Part shown: piece after piece, positions 36,559 through 47,040 of the stretch
How positions within the stretch are numbered: the first letter of the stretch is position 1
Layout: each line of letters opens with the position of its first letter
Sequence record: PQ390715.1
Reading direction: 5' to 3' (one strand)
DNA: 64,000 nucleotides
The notes under the pieces: generated by a model
What the model saw: the letters and a program-made list of their open reading frames with translations, nothing else
Databases searched by the model: none
Told to the model about the DNA's origin: nothing
Position numbers and translations under genes: made by a program

Positions 36559-37113
36559 TTATAGTTTAATTGATTCTTGAATACCAGTATCCATTGCTTT
36601 CTTGGTACGTGTATCAGATACTACTGTACAAAGGTGTTCAATATTTTCACTTGGAAACGTATTCGAATCAAGAATTTTGGAATTCCAGAAGCCTTTGCGG
36701 AACTTAGCATAATCAGTACACTGGTCAATTTTCATTTTCTGAAGATTGTTGAACTTTGTACGTCCTGTTTCAATTGTCACCATCAATTCCTGATAAATTT
36801 TAGGATCAAGATTTGGAACCTGTTGTTGAATCTGTGACATTACAAACTTCTGGTCAACACCTTCACGCCCTTTAAAGTATGATTCAATCGTTTCTTTCAA
36901 CGCATCTTTATACTTATCGGCTACTTGAACCTTATCTTGAATAGTAAGAGTATAATTGCTAAGTTGACTTTCTGATGCATCATAATACTTTTTAATGTTT
37001 CCTTCAAACTCAACTGCACGATCATGTGCACCAACATACATACTAATAGAACCAAACACCATTAGTACGATAACTACCAAAATACCAATTAACGCAAGGA
37101 GTTTACCATTCAT
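36559..37113 (-). CDS. single-TM exported protein, LemA-like topology
   Basis: N-terminal TM helix then helical soluble domain; coupled to upstream membrane gene. Confidence 0.55.
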   Translation of the reverse strand: MNGKLLALIGILVVIVLMVFGSISMYVGAHDRAVEFEGNIKKYYDASESQLSNYTLTIQDKVQVADKYKDALKETIESYFKGREGVDQKFVMSQIQQQVPNLDPKIYQELMVTIETGRTKFNNLQKMKIDQCTDYAKFRKGFWNSKILDSNTFPSENIEHLCTVVSDTRTKKAMDTGIQESIKL

Positions 37114-38204
37114 AAATCGTTATCCCTCATATAAAGGCCAATGAAAATAGACAGAATCAACAACACAATGGAAGCACCGATAAGAACATCTTTTCTAGGT
37201 TCCATTTTTACTGACAAGTACTCAAACTCTTTATTAGAGAGTCTCTCAAAATGTTTGTCAATATTATGTACTTCTTTAACTAGTAAGTCAAGAGTTAATT
37301 TTTCATTTAATGCATCAATACGCATCTTTGCATGTAACTCTTCATTCTTCATTCCTTGTGCAAATGATGTACTGTAAAATTTTACAACGTTACCATCATT
37401 GTCAATACCAAAGAACATAATAACATCATTCTTCTTACCACCACGCCACGATGCAAGGGTAGCATCAACAAAATCAACATCTTTGTAATCATAAACTAGT
37501 ACTTGGATGTTTACCTGCTTTCGTGCACCCATCGTTTTTAGCTCATTACGAAGGTATTCATCGTAACCATCAACGTTGTAATTTGTAGTGTTAATTACGT
37601 GATGTGTTTTGTAATAATCAACTACACTTGGGTATTCTGGAATAGTACTAAGATACTTTTCATCATACATGTTGTGTAGTTCTTCAGGACTAAACAATGA
37701 GTTCTTATCAGCAAATAGATAGTTGATATATGAACTCTCTGCTGCGGCATAGTCACCAATAATAACTTGCTGCCAACGTGGTGGTGTCATTGTACCTTGA
37801 CGGTTCACACGTTCAATCTCAAACTCACCTACTGTACTTTTCACATACCAATCAACTTCATATGAGTAATCAAAAACCTTATATGATTCACACTCACGAT
37901 GTGATTTACCTTTACTATCATATCGCGTATGGCACTTCTCATGCCATGTATAGTGCTTACATGAACTAGATTGTGTGCAATATTCTTTGTGGCTGTATTT
38001 TGAAGTTACTTGACCATTCAGAATCTCAACATCATAAAGCTGGCTATAGTTGATTGCGTATGAAATACCAAGAACAAGAGCCGCACCAACCAGACAACAA
38101 CCAATATGAATCAATAGTTCTTTAGTACTGATATGCTTATCGTACATGTATTTCATAACGAATACAACGATAAGAGCAGGTATTAACAGAATAATGAAAT
38201 TCAT
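37110..38204 (-). CDS. multi-TM membrane protein with large Cys/His-containing extracytoplasmic domain
   Basis: Two N-terminal TMs, CTQSSSCKHY..HEKCH..HREC segment, C-terminal TM. Confidence 0.7.
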   Translation of the reverse strand: MNFIILLIPALIVVFVMKYMYDKHISTKELLIHIGCCLVGAALVLGISYAINYSQLYDVEILNGQVTSKYSHKEYCTQSSSCKHYTWHEKCHTRYDSKGKSHRECESYKVFDYSYEVDWYVKSTVGEFEIERVNRQGTMTPPRWQQVIIGDYAAAESSYINYLFADKNSLFSPEELHNMYDEKYLSTIPEYPSVVDYYKTHHVINTTNYNVDGYDEYLRNELKTMGARKQVNIQVLVYDYKDVDFVDATLASWRGGKKNDVIMFFGIDNDGNVVKFYSTSFAQGMKNEELHAKMRIDALNEKLTLDLLVKEVHNIDKHFERLSNKEFEYLSVKMEPRKDVLIGASIVLLILSIFIGLYMRDNDL

Positions 38205-38207
38205 GTA

Positions 38208-38897
38208 TTAATCCATTTTAAGCTTGTTTAGACAGAATGAAATCTGGATTGCTTCACGTGCTGCATCAAATAGTGGATGATGTAACTCCAACCCATTAAT
38301 CCCACACGTATTTGCATATGTGATAAATTTATCCAACTGTACCGAAACGATTTCATCCATTTCAATACGAGCTTCTTCATTCAATAAACGTTTCAATGTG
38401 CGTGCATTTTCAGGTGCATCATACTTCCATAACTCACCAGCGTTCATTAGTTTTAAATGGTTTGCTTGTAAAATGCTACAATCGAAGTTACATCCGTTAC
38501 CCCAGACTGAATGAGGAACTTCTTCACCATAATCATTGTAACGTAATTCTTTCCAGAAATCAACAATACTACTGTATGCAAAAAATCGTCGTGATTGACC
38601 ATTCGGTCCATACAGTTCGGGTGCTTTGAGTTTCATAGTACTGGCAACTTCAGCATATGCATTAGGGTATTCTTTCTGACATGTATTCATCCAAAAATCC
38701 ATTGCACCTGCGTCTGATTTTAAACCAGTTGCAACTTGATCCTGGTATGGTAATTTAATATATAAGAACTGACGAATGTCATTTTCAGGTTTACTTGGAA
38801 CTACTACTGCTGCGTAATTTGGGATAATAATATCATAACCGGAAAGTTCAGGTGTTCCAAGAGCTTCAATATCAACACTAATATGACGACGTTTCAT
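38208..38897 (-). CDS. DEDDh 3'-5' exonuclease (RNase AS/Rv2179c-like)
   Basis: SVDIEALGT, WGNGCNFD, HHPLFDA motifs. Confidence 0.8.
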   Translation of the reverse strand: MKRRHISVDIEALGTPELSGYDIIIPNYAAVVVPSKPENDIRQFLYIKLPYQDQVATGLKSDAGAMDFWMNTCQKEYPNAYAEVASTMKLKAPELYGPNGQSRRFFAYSSIVDFWKELRYNDYGEEVPHSVWGNGCNFDCSILQANHLKLMNAGELWKYDAPENARTLKRLLNEEARIEMDEIVSVQLDKFITYANTCGINGLELHHPLFDAAREAIQISFCLNKLKMD

Positions 38898-38976
38898 AAG
38901 TTAGTTCCTTATCTGTACATTAAAAAGAGTGCGTTTTCAATAAGATTATATTAAAAACGCACTCATATGTCAACTA

Positions 38977-40113
38977 TTACTTGTTAGCTTTTTCGGCAAT
39001 TTCACGAAGAGTGTCTTCCAGTTCATAGGAAAGTTGTGCAATTTCCTGTTTAGCACGTTCACGTTCCAATTTACCTTTTTTCTCTTCTTCAATAACTGCT
39101 TCAATACTGTCAATCATCGTTTTATGTACATTACGCAAGGTTTTAATATCCACAATACCACGGTTGTTTGCCTTTGCTGCGTCCAACATATTTGCTGCAA
39201 CCATTTTAGAGTTAGTTTCCAAAAGACGGTTTGTCTCATTATCAATTAGATTGCCTAGTTCATTATCCTTACGTTGACGCTCGGAAATTAACTGTTCAGC
39301 CAATTGAGACTTCCATGCTGGAATAACAACAGATTTTAAATCTTCAAACTTAGAAACAGTGTTCAAGTTTACTTTTTTCATACTCATCAAACGTGGACCA
39401 CTTAGCTCGCACATCATGATAAGACGACGAATCTTATCTTCTTGTTTAGAAAGTGCTTCACAAATCATCTTTTGCTCTTGAATAGCAAAAGAGTCTACAT
39501 TTTTGTCTGCTTGCATTTCTAATAATAATGCATCTTGTGTTTTAGTTACTTCTTCTAAACCAACTAATGTATCACGTAATTCAAACAAATATTCTTTGTT
39601 TTCATTATATGCTTTATCAAGCCATTCACATTCTCCGTGCTGGCGATTAATACCAGTTTGAAGAGTTTTCATAATTTCGTCAATTTGCTCTTTACTGTTT
39701 TTGTACTGATCACCTACTTTCTGTTGAGCATTAACAAAGAATTTCTTAATACGACCAACAATTGATTTATCTTCTTGAAGACTGTCAATATCAACTGCAC
39801 GAGTCAACGTAAGAATTGTGGTGATTGATTTACCAAACTCGGTATTGTCATCCGTTACATTAACTTTAGACATAATTTCATCAGCCAAACGCCCAACAGC
39901 AGCACCAGCAGTTGTACCAACAGTATTGATGTTTTGAACTGTTAGAGACATAGTATTTCCCTTAACATCTTTCAGTACTGGTAGTGATTTTGTAGTTTGG
40001 TTAAAAATATCACTTGCATCAATTGTATGACCTTTAGACGCAGTTTTAGTAGTGCGTTTTGCTGATTTAGCTGCGGTGGATGCTTTTTTAGGATTGATTT
40101 CTTTCTCGGACAT
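38977..40113 (-). CDS. telA: toxic anion resistance protein TelA family
   Basis: Long helical protein with KKFF..KNSKEQIDEI and VIPAWKSQL motifs typical of TelA/KlaA. Confidence 0.8.
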   Translation of the reverse strand: MSEKEINPKKASTAAKSAKRTTKTASKGHTIDASDIFNQTTKSLPVLKDVKGNTMSLTVQNINTVGTTAGAAVGRLADEIMSKVNVTDDNTEFGKSITTILTLTRAVDIDSLQEDKSIVGRIKKFFVNAQQKVGDQYKNSKEQIDEIMKTLQTGINRQHGECEWLDKAYNENKEYLFELRDTLVGLEEVTKTQDALLLEMQADKNVDSFAIQEQKMICEALSKQEDKIRRLIMMCELSGPRLMSMKKVNLNTVSKFEDLKSVVIPAWKSQLAEQLISERQRKDNELGNLIDNETNRLLETNSKMVAANMLDAAKANNRGIVDIKTLRNVHKTMIDSIEAVIEEEKKGKLERERAKQEIAQLSYELEDTLREIAEKANK

Positions 40114-40198
40114 TTAGTATTCCTCGTTTAATTTAATATGATGTGCTGCTCTGTGATAAACATTATACGGGCAGCACGTATGATAGTCAAGTATTTTT

Positions 40199-41326
40199 TT
40201 ACTCTTTGTTACCATATGCCAGATTACGAATAATTTCTACAGTACTCTCATCCACAGCTTTACCTGTCTGTGATTGTAAACGATTGATAATCAAAGGAAT
40301 AGTAATAGTTTGAATATCTACCATACGATTCATATCAACTTGATATTGCTTACTTGTTGCAATAATGCTCGTTTCAGTCATGGAGGTGGTGATTCCCATT
40401 TTCATAATACGTTCTAATGTTAATTCATATTCAAACGCATCATCCACACAACGTAGTGCGTATTCACAACCCAACTTACCATATTCAAGTTCATTTTTGA
40501 TTTCATTAACTTCGTTTCTAAGTTCTGAAAACATCGTACTAAGACCACTAAACTTATTAGTGTCATACTTAACTGCTTCATTTAGTGCTTTCATCACTTT
40601 TGGCAAATCTGATGGTTGCACTTTGATATCAGTTTTACCAAACAATTTCTGTGTAAAGGTCGGCTTCAATGGGAACAACGTCTCCAACGCAACAGTAAGG
40701 TTATTCATAAGCATTCTAATATAATCACTATGCTGTTGTAATGCTGAGTTAAGATCCAATTGACGTTCTGAAATTTGTTGAATCTTAGTTCCAATTTCTT
40801 GTGCACAAACTGGTAAGTTTACAAACCAGTCTAGTACTTTTACTGAATTCTTTTCAATAGTACTAGGGAATTCAACCCATCTTTCAATGTCATCAATTCT
40901 GCTATCGTCTGGGTTGATAGGTTTTTTCTTAAGAACAATAGGTGCAGGTACATCTGGTGATGTTTGTACCAAGTCTAAACGTGGTTTGGCACGACCTTCT
41001 TTCCATTCACGATATTCACGCTCTAATGGCGGTACTGGCATGTTAGGATCAATTCTAATATTACTAAAATGAATTTTATCCTTCATTAAATCAAGAACTT
41101 TCAGACGTTTATTATCAAAATAGATTTCATCTAATGACAGAGTTTTTACATCAAATAACGGATTACCCAGCGAGTCATAGGTGCGACGTACAATTACATT
41201 GTAAATGTATTTTTTGTTTGATGAACGGTCATATTGTTTCAATAAAGAGTTCAGTACATAATTATAGTTAAATTCTTGAATCTCAACTTCTTTGCCATTT
41301 TCAATGAAAAAATATTTACCTTTCAT
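40199..41326 (-). CDS. divergent TelA-like paralogue
   Basis: FTQKLFG and MVDIQTITIPLIINRL align with IKKFF and FEDLKSVVIPAWKSQL of the neighbour; same length. Confidence 0.5.
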   Translation of the reverse strand: MKGKYFFIENGKEVEIQEFNYNYVLNSLLKQYDRSSNKKYIYNVIVRRTYDSLGNPLFDVKTLSLDEIYFDNKRLKVLDLMKDKIHFSNIRIDPNMPVPPLEREYREWKEGRAKPRLDLVQTSPDVPAPIVLKKKPINPDDSRIDDIERWVEFPSTIEKNSVKVLDWFVNLPVCAQEIGTKIQQISERQLDLNSALQQHSDYIRMLMNNLTVALETLFPLKPTFTQKLFGKTDIKVQPSDLPKVMKALNEAVKYDTNKFSGLSTMFSELRNEVNEIKNELEYGKLGCEYALRCVDDAFEYELTLERIMKMGITTSMTETSIIATSKQYQVDMNRMVDIQTITIPLIINRLQSQTGKAVDESTVEIIRNLAYGNKE

Positions 41327-41422
41327 TATAAAACCTCATAATCAATTAAAATTTACGCTATGGTGATATTGTACATACTTCGACTACACATGTCAACACC
41401 TGAAAAGAAAAAAGGACGCACC

Positions 41423-43481
41423 TTAGTGCATCCTTTTGTTACTTTTATCCTTGTACCATACAAATGTCTTGACAGGTGGATATTTTTCATTCTTTGGTGG
41501 TTCAGGCATGTCGTATACAGTTGCATTTCTAAACTTAAGAATGTATGTGTCCATTAAACGGATTATACAATAGTTTAAACATTTTTGTGCTCTTTCTTTC
41601 CAAAAATGTTTATATGGTTCTGGACAACCAAGATAATCAAGTTTATACATACTCATAGCAACTTGCATAAATCTTTGGGCCGAGAATTTTCGCTTATCAA
41701 TCTTACTTGCTCTGTGTTGGTCACATGTCCAACTTGATACACCAGGCAAGTGACAAAACAAATCAAAACTAACCATACTATCAAAGTATTTGTTATGACC
41801 ATGTAACTCACCATAAAATACAGCTTCTGACACAGTATCATATAATGAGAAATTTGAATGTATATGTTCATTATCAAAAATACTTTTTAAATCTTTATAA
41901 GTTTCTGGAACAGGTGGCTCAGGTAATACTTCACCGAATACTTCAACACACCATATCTTCCATAAACCTTTTGTAAATTTATTTTCTAATTCTCTATCAC
42001 TATCAATATAAAAAGTTTTTTCATTTATGAAAACTTTTCTAGCCATGTATGCTTTAAAAATTGCATCTGGATCAATGTCTTCACGATTTACATCATCCCA
42101 GCCTTTACCAATTCTTGAAATTTCAAATCTACGCATATACATACGACATGCTAAATCTTTAGTAAGGCTGCGACGATACTTTTCATCCTGATGTAATTTG
42201 GTTGTTTCGTGAAGAGATTTAAGCATATTTAAAATTCTCATCGCAACACCAAATATTTCCCGTTTCTTCCAATTACATATTGATCACCACTTCGTAGTAC
42301 TGTATAGCTTTCCCCTAGTATGGAACTAAGACGCGAAGTGTCTAATTGTGTATCATTCTTTAATAACTTTTTCACATATGTTTCTGAAACAAAACCGCTT
42401 CCAGTACTGTAATGTAATTTACCATATGCTGTTTTTAATGTCAACATGTTTCCTTCTTTGATTACTGAAACACCAGCATAATCAAGGAACTCACTAATTG
42501 AACTAGGAATACCCAAATCAATTCTCTGCTGTATTTCTTCAAAATCAACATCGATTGGGTCATTAACACCATATAGTTGTATTTTCCAACCTGGGTCTGG
42601 ACAAATATTTTCAATAGTTTTAATTAAACGTAAAAGTTTTTCAGGGAATTCAGCATTTCGTTCCATTTCAACATAAACTTGATATCGACCATCTAAATTT
42701 GGTGTTTCTGCTGCTTCTGTATCAGCTACATCAATAGGTGATTTTTCAATAAAAGAAGATAAATCATATGCTGCATCAAAATTGTTAAGTACCTGAAACA
42801 TAATAACAATATTACTATCTTCAATTTTAGGAGTATATTCATCAACACTAATGATAGGATGAATCAAATCTTTGAGAACTTGCGGACGTAAGCCTTGTTC
42901 ATTTAATTTCTTTTTCATTACATTCCACCTTCTTGTGTCTCATCCGTTACTTCTTCATCTAAATCCACATCATCACCAGTTACAGGTTCTTCAATATTCT
43001 CAGGAGAATTCATTGGATTACTATTGAATTCTGCTGCCATTAGTTTATATTCATCAAAACTTTCTGGATTAATCAAGTTTCGTGGAATCTGCACTCTAAC
43101 CAATAGTACTGGGATTCTTTCATTTTTTGGTATACGTACAGAGCCAGATTGTGTCGCTACACTTTTCATGTCAGCTTGACGATTTGGTTCTTTAATAGGA
43201 GTTATTTCATAATCAGCTTTAACATATACTTTAGTTCCATGTTTCTCTAAAATAGAGAATGCGGTAGGATCGGGAAAATTTTCACGATAGTATTTAAATG
43301 TAACAGTACACCAATACTTACTTACAATTGGCCCCTCTACCAACTCACCCTCAATAATTCCTTTATACGCATATAAATCATTATCATCGAAATATTTCTC
43401 TACAGCAAGAAGTATATCTAACATACCACTGTTATCATACAACTGCTGAATAGCATTATCTGTATAATCTAAATCGTCCAT
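41423..43481 (-). other. three hypothetical genes (41423-42241, 42238-42918, 42918-43481)
   Basis: Coupled ORFs; TAAATA late-type promoter at 43519-43524. Confidence 0.7.
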
Positions 43482-43577
43482 ATTTTATATTATCCTTAAA
43501 AACTAGCACATATAATACTATTTACTACTTTTAAAATACAACAAAAGGGGTTTGAATCAAACCCCAATTTAAAAGTT

Positions 43578-44222
43578 TTATTTGTAATATTTACCTAGTA
43601 CTGAATAAATTTTCAGTCTAAGTTCTGTCCAGTTTTCGATATATTCAAAACCACTATGATTCTTATACATAGTATTATGAGAACATCCCATCATAACTGA
43701 TGGAATACCAAGACCCATAGCAGTTTCAATATTATTGATATAATCATCAATCATTAGTTTTACATCATATCGTGTTTGTAAATCCTCTAATGCTTCTTTC
43801 TTTGATTCATTCATTTCTATGATAATAATCTCATCAAAGCAGTTTTCACCAAATTCACGCATTAGATTTACATTTCGTAAAACTTCACCATAGCCTTTTT
43901 TACCACATTTTGTGAGTACTACGAATTTTTCTTTATGAAAACGATCACGTAGCTCTTGTACAATATCAACTGTATTTGGTTCGACTGGCTTTAACAACCC
44001 AAACAAATATGATTGTTGGTTGAACTGTTCAAGAATCTTTTTAACTTCAGGTTGAGGAACACCCAACCAGTCTGATAAATCATATTCTAATGGGTATGGT
44101 GTTGATGGTGTGATATTATAAGTTTGTTTTACAAACTCAGAAAGCATACCCATATGGTCCAATAGAACTTCATCACAATCAAAAACTATACAACGTGGTT
44201 TCATTACATGTTCCCCGAACAA
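43578..44222 (-). CDS. HAD-superfamily 5'(3')-deoxyribonucleotidase-like hydrolase
   Basis: FDCDEVLLD motif I; MIDDY motif IV. Confidence 0.8.
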   Translation of the reverse strand: MFGEHVMKPRCIVFDCDEVLLDHMGMLSEFVKQTYNITPSTPYPLEYDLSDWLGVPQPEVKKILEQFNQQSYLFGLLKPVEPNTVDIVQELRDRFHKEKFVVLTKCGKKGYGEVLRNVNLMREFGENCFDEIIIIEMNESKKEALEDLQTRYDVKLMIDDYINNIETAMGLGIPSVMMGCSHNTMYKNHSGFEYIENWTELRLKIYSVLGKYYK

Positions 44223-45193
44223 ATTAGGTCAATCTCACACAGTAAAGCACTAAGATTCATTTCACGGTCTGATACTGTTGCTTGCTTAACAACTGCATCA
44301 CGAATTTTAACTTTAATCTTCATCAGTGTGATTTCATCAGTACTGAACATTTCAGCATTTCTGTACAAGTAAGAGAAAAATGCATCCATCTCATCATCAG
44401 GGATATTTTGTACAATTTGTTCACGCATTTGGCGAATGTTGCCTGCCTTTAATGCTTCAACAATTGCAGTACGATACCCTGCTGAATTTTCAATACTATC
44501 TTCAAGTTTTACTAGCTTACCATCAACAACTGAACTTTGCAATACGTTTAGTGTTTTACGGAAATCAGGATAGGAAGCATTGATGTACTTTTGAACTTGT
44601 TCAACACTATCATCACTACTCAAATCAACACCTTCTGCTAGAAGAATATTATAAATTCGAGTCATGAATTGTTCCATATCATGCTTTTCGATTGTAATAA
44701 CTTGAACACGAGAAATGATAGGTTTTTGAATTTTATGTGGTTCGTTACTTGTTAAAATAAAGCGAGCATTTTCATGATAGTCTTCCATTACACGTTTCAA
44801 ACTACCTTGTGCTTTGTGGTTCATCTGCTCCATTTCTTCAAGAACAAAAATACGATATCTACCAAAACATGATAGCTTTGCTGCGGCATCGATTTTGTCA
44901 CGAACAGCATCAATGCCTTCATCGGACATGTTAAGCGTGGTCACATCACTTGGATCAAGGTGTCCATTTTGAACTAGTCCATTAATTAGTACTTTGATCG
45001 CAGATGTTTTACCAGTTCCTGCTGGGCCAAAAAACCCAATATGTGGAATGTCACCAGTCTTAATCCATTCTTCCATTTTCTGGCGTAGTGCATCGTTTTT
45101 TGATACATAATCTTCCATTGATTGTGGGCGATATTTTTCAGTCCATAGTGTGGTCATTTGTATTTCCTTATGTGTACGTGTTATAGAATCCAA
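44204..45193 (-). CDS. clamp loader AAA+ subunit (RFC small/T4 gp44-like); probable start 45157
   Basis: WTEKYRP, GPAGTGKT, LEEME, FILTSN, PIISR. Confidence 0.92.
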   Translation of the reverse strand: MDSITRTHKEIQMTTLWTEKYRPQSMEDYVSKNDALRQKMEEWIKTGDIPHIGFFGPAGTGKTSAIKVLINGLVQNGHLDPSDVTTLNMSDEGIDAVRDKIDAAAKLSCFGRYRIFVLEEMEQMNHKAQGSLKRVMEDYHENARFILTSNEPHKIQKPIISRVQVITIEKHDMEQFMTRIYNILLAEGVDLSSDDSVEQVQKYINASYPDFRKTLNVLQSSVVDGKLVKLEDSIENSAGYRTAIVEALKAGNIRQMREQIVQNIPDDEMDAFFSYLYRNAEMFSTDEITLMKIKVKIRDAVVKQATVSDREMNLSALLCEIDLICSGNM

Positions 45194-45453
45194 TCGGCTG
45201 AATTATATAATAAAGCCGTGAAAAGTTCTTCTGTCATTTCCAATTGATTTAATAAAAAATTAAAAGAATTTGCCTTATTTTTAATCCCAGTACTTTCAGC
45301 TTGGGCTGATGCAACTAATAAAACTTTAAACATATCATGTGAAACTTCATATACATATTTGGTATTTTTTCTATCTTCAAACATGAATCTTCCGTTTTTA
45401 GATACTAATGTTACATCCTTGAAACTAAATTTTCCATCATCAGTTATCATCAA
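45181..45453 (-). CDS. hypothetical protein
   Basis: ORF. Confidence 0.6.
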   Translation of the reverse strand: MMITDDGKFSFKDVTLVSKNGRFMFEDRKNTKYVYEVSHDMFKVLLVASAQAESTGIKNKANSFNFLLNQLEMTEELFTALLYNSADWIL

Positions 45454-45506
45454 AATCTGTCCAAATAAAAAGCCCAGATATTCATCCGAGCTTTAATTAT
45501 ATTTTA

Positions 45507-45833
45507 TTAACGACCAAAGGTTAGCATTTTAGTTCGTGGATCTTCATCTGAAACTAAACTAACTGCGGCTGGATAATCAACCAAGTTTAATTCAATACCA
45601 TCAACTTCAATAGTTCTTGACCATCGACCATGATCAATTAAAATCCATTGACCTTCTTTAATATCAGTAATGTCTTCGCCTACAGAATAAACTTTTGCCC
45701 AGCGAGAACGAATACCTCTAATTTTACCGTCATCGTTTGTTAAAACGATACCACCTGCTGTTTTGCGTTCACCATGTTCCAGTTCAGTTACCAGTACTTT
45801 ACCTTTACATGCAGTCATTACTTTATTAGTCAT
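45507..45833 (-). CDS. groES: co-chaperonin GroES-like
   Basis: KVLV..ERKTAGGIVL..AKVYSVG..IKEGQWIL. Confidence 0.88.
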   Translation of the reverse strand: MTNKVMTACKGKVLVTELEHGERKTAGGIVLTNDDGKIRGIRSRWAKVYSVGEDITDIKEGQWILIDHGRWSRTIEVDGIELNLVDYPAAVSLVSDEDPRTKMLTFGR

Positions 45834-45841
45834 TTAATATA

Positions 45842-46186
45842 TTACTCCTGATCTTTGGTTCTAGCTCGACGTGGTGCTTTCTTCTCTTCAGAAACCTCAG
45901 CTTCTTGTTCTTCGGGCTTAACTTCAAAACTCTCATCATCCCATACTTCATCCGTACCATGTTCAGTACTATGAAGTTGATGTTCAGGGATATAATCAGG
46001 AATTTGCATTTCTCGTTCTTTTTCTTGAATCAACTCTTCACGAGTTTTAATAATTGTTCCACCTGAACCGATTTTATCACCACGTGCGTTTAAATTAGCA
46101 TTACCTAATGCTACCTGATGTTGATTTTGGTACTTGAGCATATCCATGTCAATTGTTGTACCACGATAAGTTGTATGTTTAGACAT
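45842..46186 (-). CDS. hypothetical protein, acidic C-terminus
   Basis: ORF. Confidence 0.7.
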   Translation of the reverse strand: MSKHTTYRGTTIDMDMLKYQNQHQVALGNANLNARGDKIGSGGTIIKTREELIQEKEREMQIPDYIPEHQLHSTEHGTDEVWDDESFEVKPEEQEAEVSEEKKAPRRARTKDQE

Positions 46187-46249
46187 ATCAAAATCCTTTT
46201 ATTGTATGTGTGATATAAGCCTACAATAAACATTATATCACATGTTTTT

Positions 46250-46768
46250 CTACCATTTCAAAAATTCGTTAACATCAAGTTCGTACTTCAATGAATCTAC
46301 CATATGTAGTCCAATCAAAAACAAACAGTATGATGCAACAGAGCTTCCACGACCTAGACCCCAAAAGATCTCATTTTCTTCCATATAATCAACAAGCCAT
46401 ATCATACATCTTAGTAGCTTTGTCATATTATAATATTCATATAAATCAAGTTCATACTCAACACGTTTTCGTGCTTCATCGGATGTGCATTTTTGTAAGA
46501 AAAAGTCACGCAGATTTATATTGTCGTATACTGGATCATATCGCCACAGTTCATGATTTTTATCATGCTCAATTGTATAATCCAGCATACGTTGTTCTAA
46601 GCCAAATTTTTTACAGTTATCATTGAATTTCAACCTTTCAGGTTCATCAATTTCCTGCAATTGTAAGTACTGGATATCTGCACCGCAATTGATTGCATAA
46701 ACAACTGCGTTAAGATTACATTTCACATCACCATTGGGACTTATAAATCTGTTTCCTTGTACTTTCAT
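46250..46768 (-). CDS. stand-alone DnaE (Pol III alpha) palm-region fragment
   Basis: WGLGRGSSVASYCLFLIGLHMVDSLKYEL..EFL matches DnaE GPGRGSAAGSLVAYALGIT.VDPL.YDLLFERFL. Confidence 0.75.
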   Translation of the reverse strand: MKVQGNRFISPNGDVKCNLNAVVYAINCGADIQYLQLQEIDEPERLKFNDNCKKFGLEQRMLDYTIEHDKNHELWRYDPVYDNINLRDFFLQKCTSDEARKRVEYELDLYEYYNMTKLLRCMIWLVDYMEENEIFWGLGRGSSVASYCLFLIGLHMVDSLKYELDVNEFLKW

Positions 46769-47039
46769 TTTTCTTCTTCTGGGCCTCTTCGTTGTCAGTT
46801 AGATATGAATCCATATCGAAGATACATGGGTCTTCTTCGTCATAAACAGTTTTTTCTTTTTGTCCTTGGCGAAGTTCTAGTTCAGCATAACATTGATTTA
46901 AGACAGTTTGCATATTACCAATAATCATGTCGCTTAGGCCAGCAGCACGAGCAGAAGTTAAACGCATTGACTGTTCATTAATTTTTAACTGTAGTTCTTT
47001 TTCCGTCATTCCAGACGGGTCAAAAAACGGATTAAACAT
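46728..47039 (-). CDS. hypothetical protein
   Basis: ORF. Confidence 0.7.
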   Translation of the reverse strand: MFNPFFDPSGMTEKELQLKINEQSMRLTSARAAGLSDMIIGNMQTVLNQCYAELELRQGQKEKTVYDEEDPCIFDMDSYLTDNEEAQKKKNESTRKQIYKSQW

Positions 47040-47040
47040 A

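Noticed and set aside
46250-47039. Intein-split or intron-split DnaE
   Set aside because: No intein termini or intron-like spacer; flanking ORFs show no DnaE motifs.
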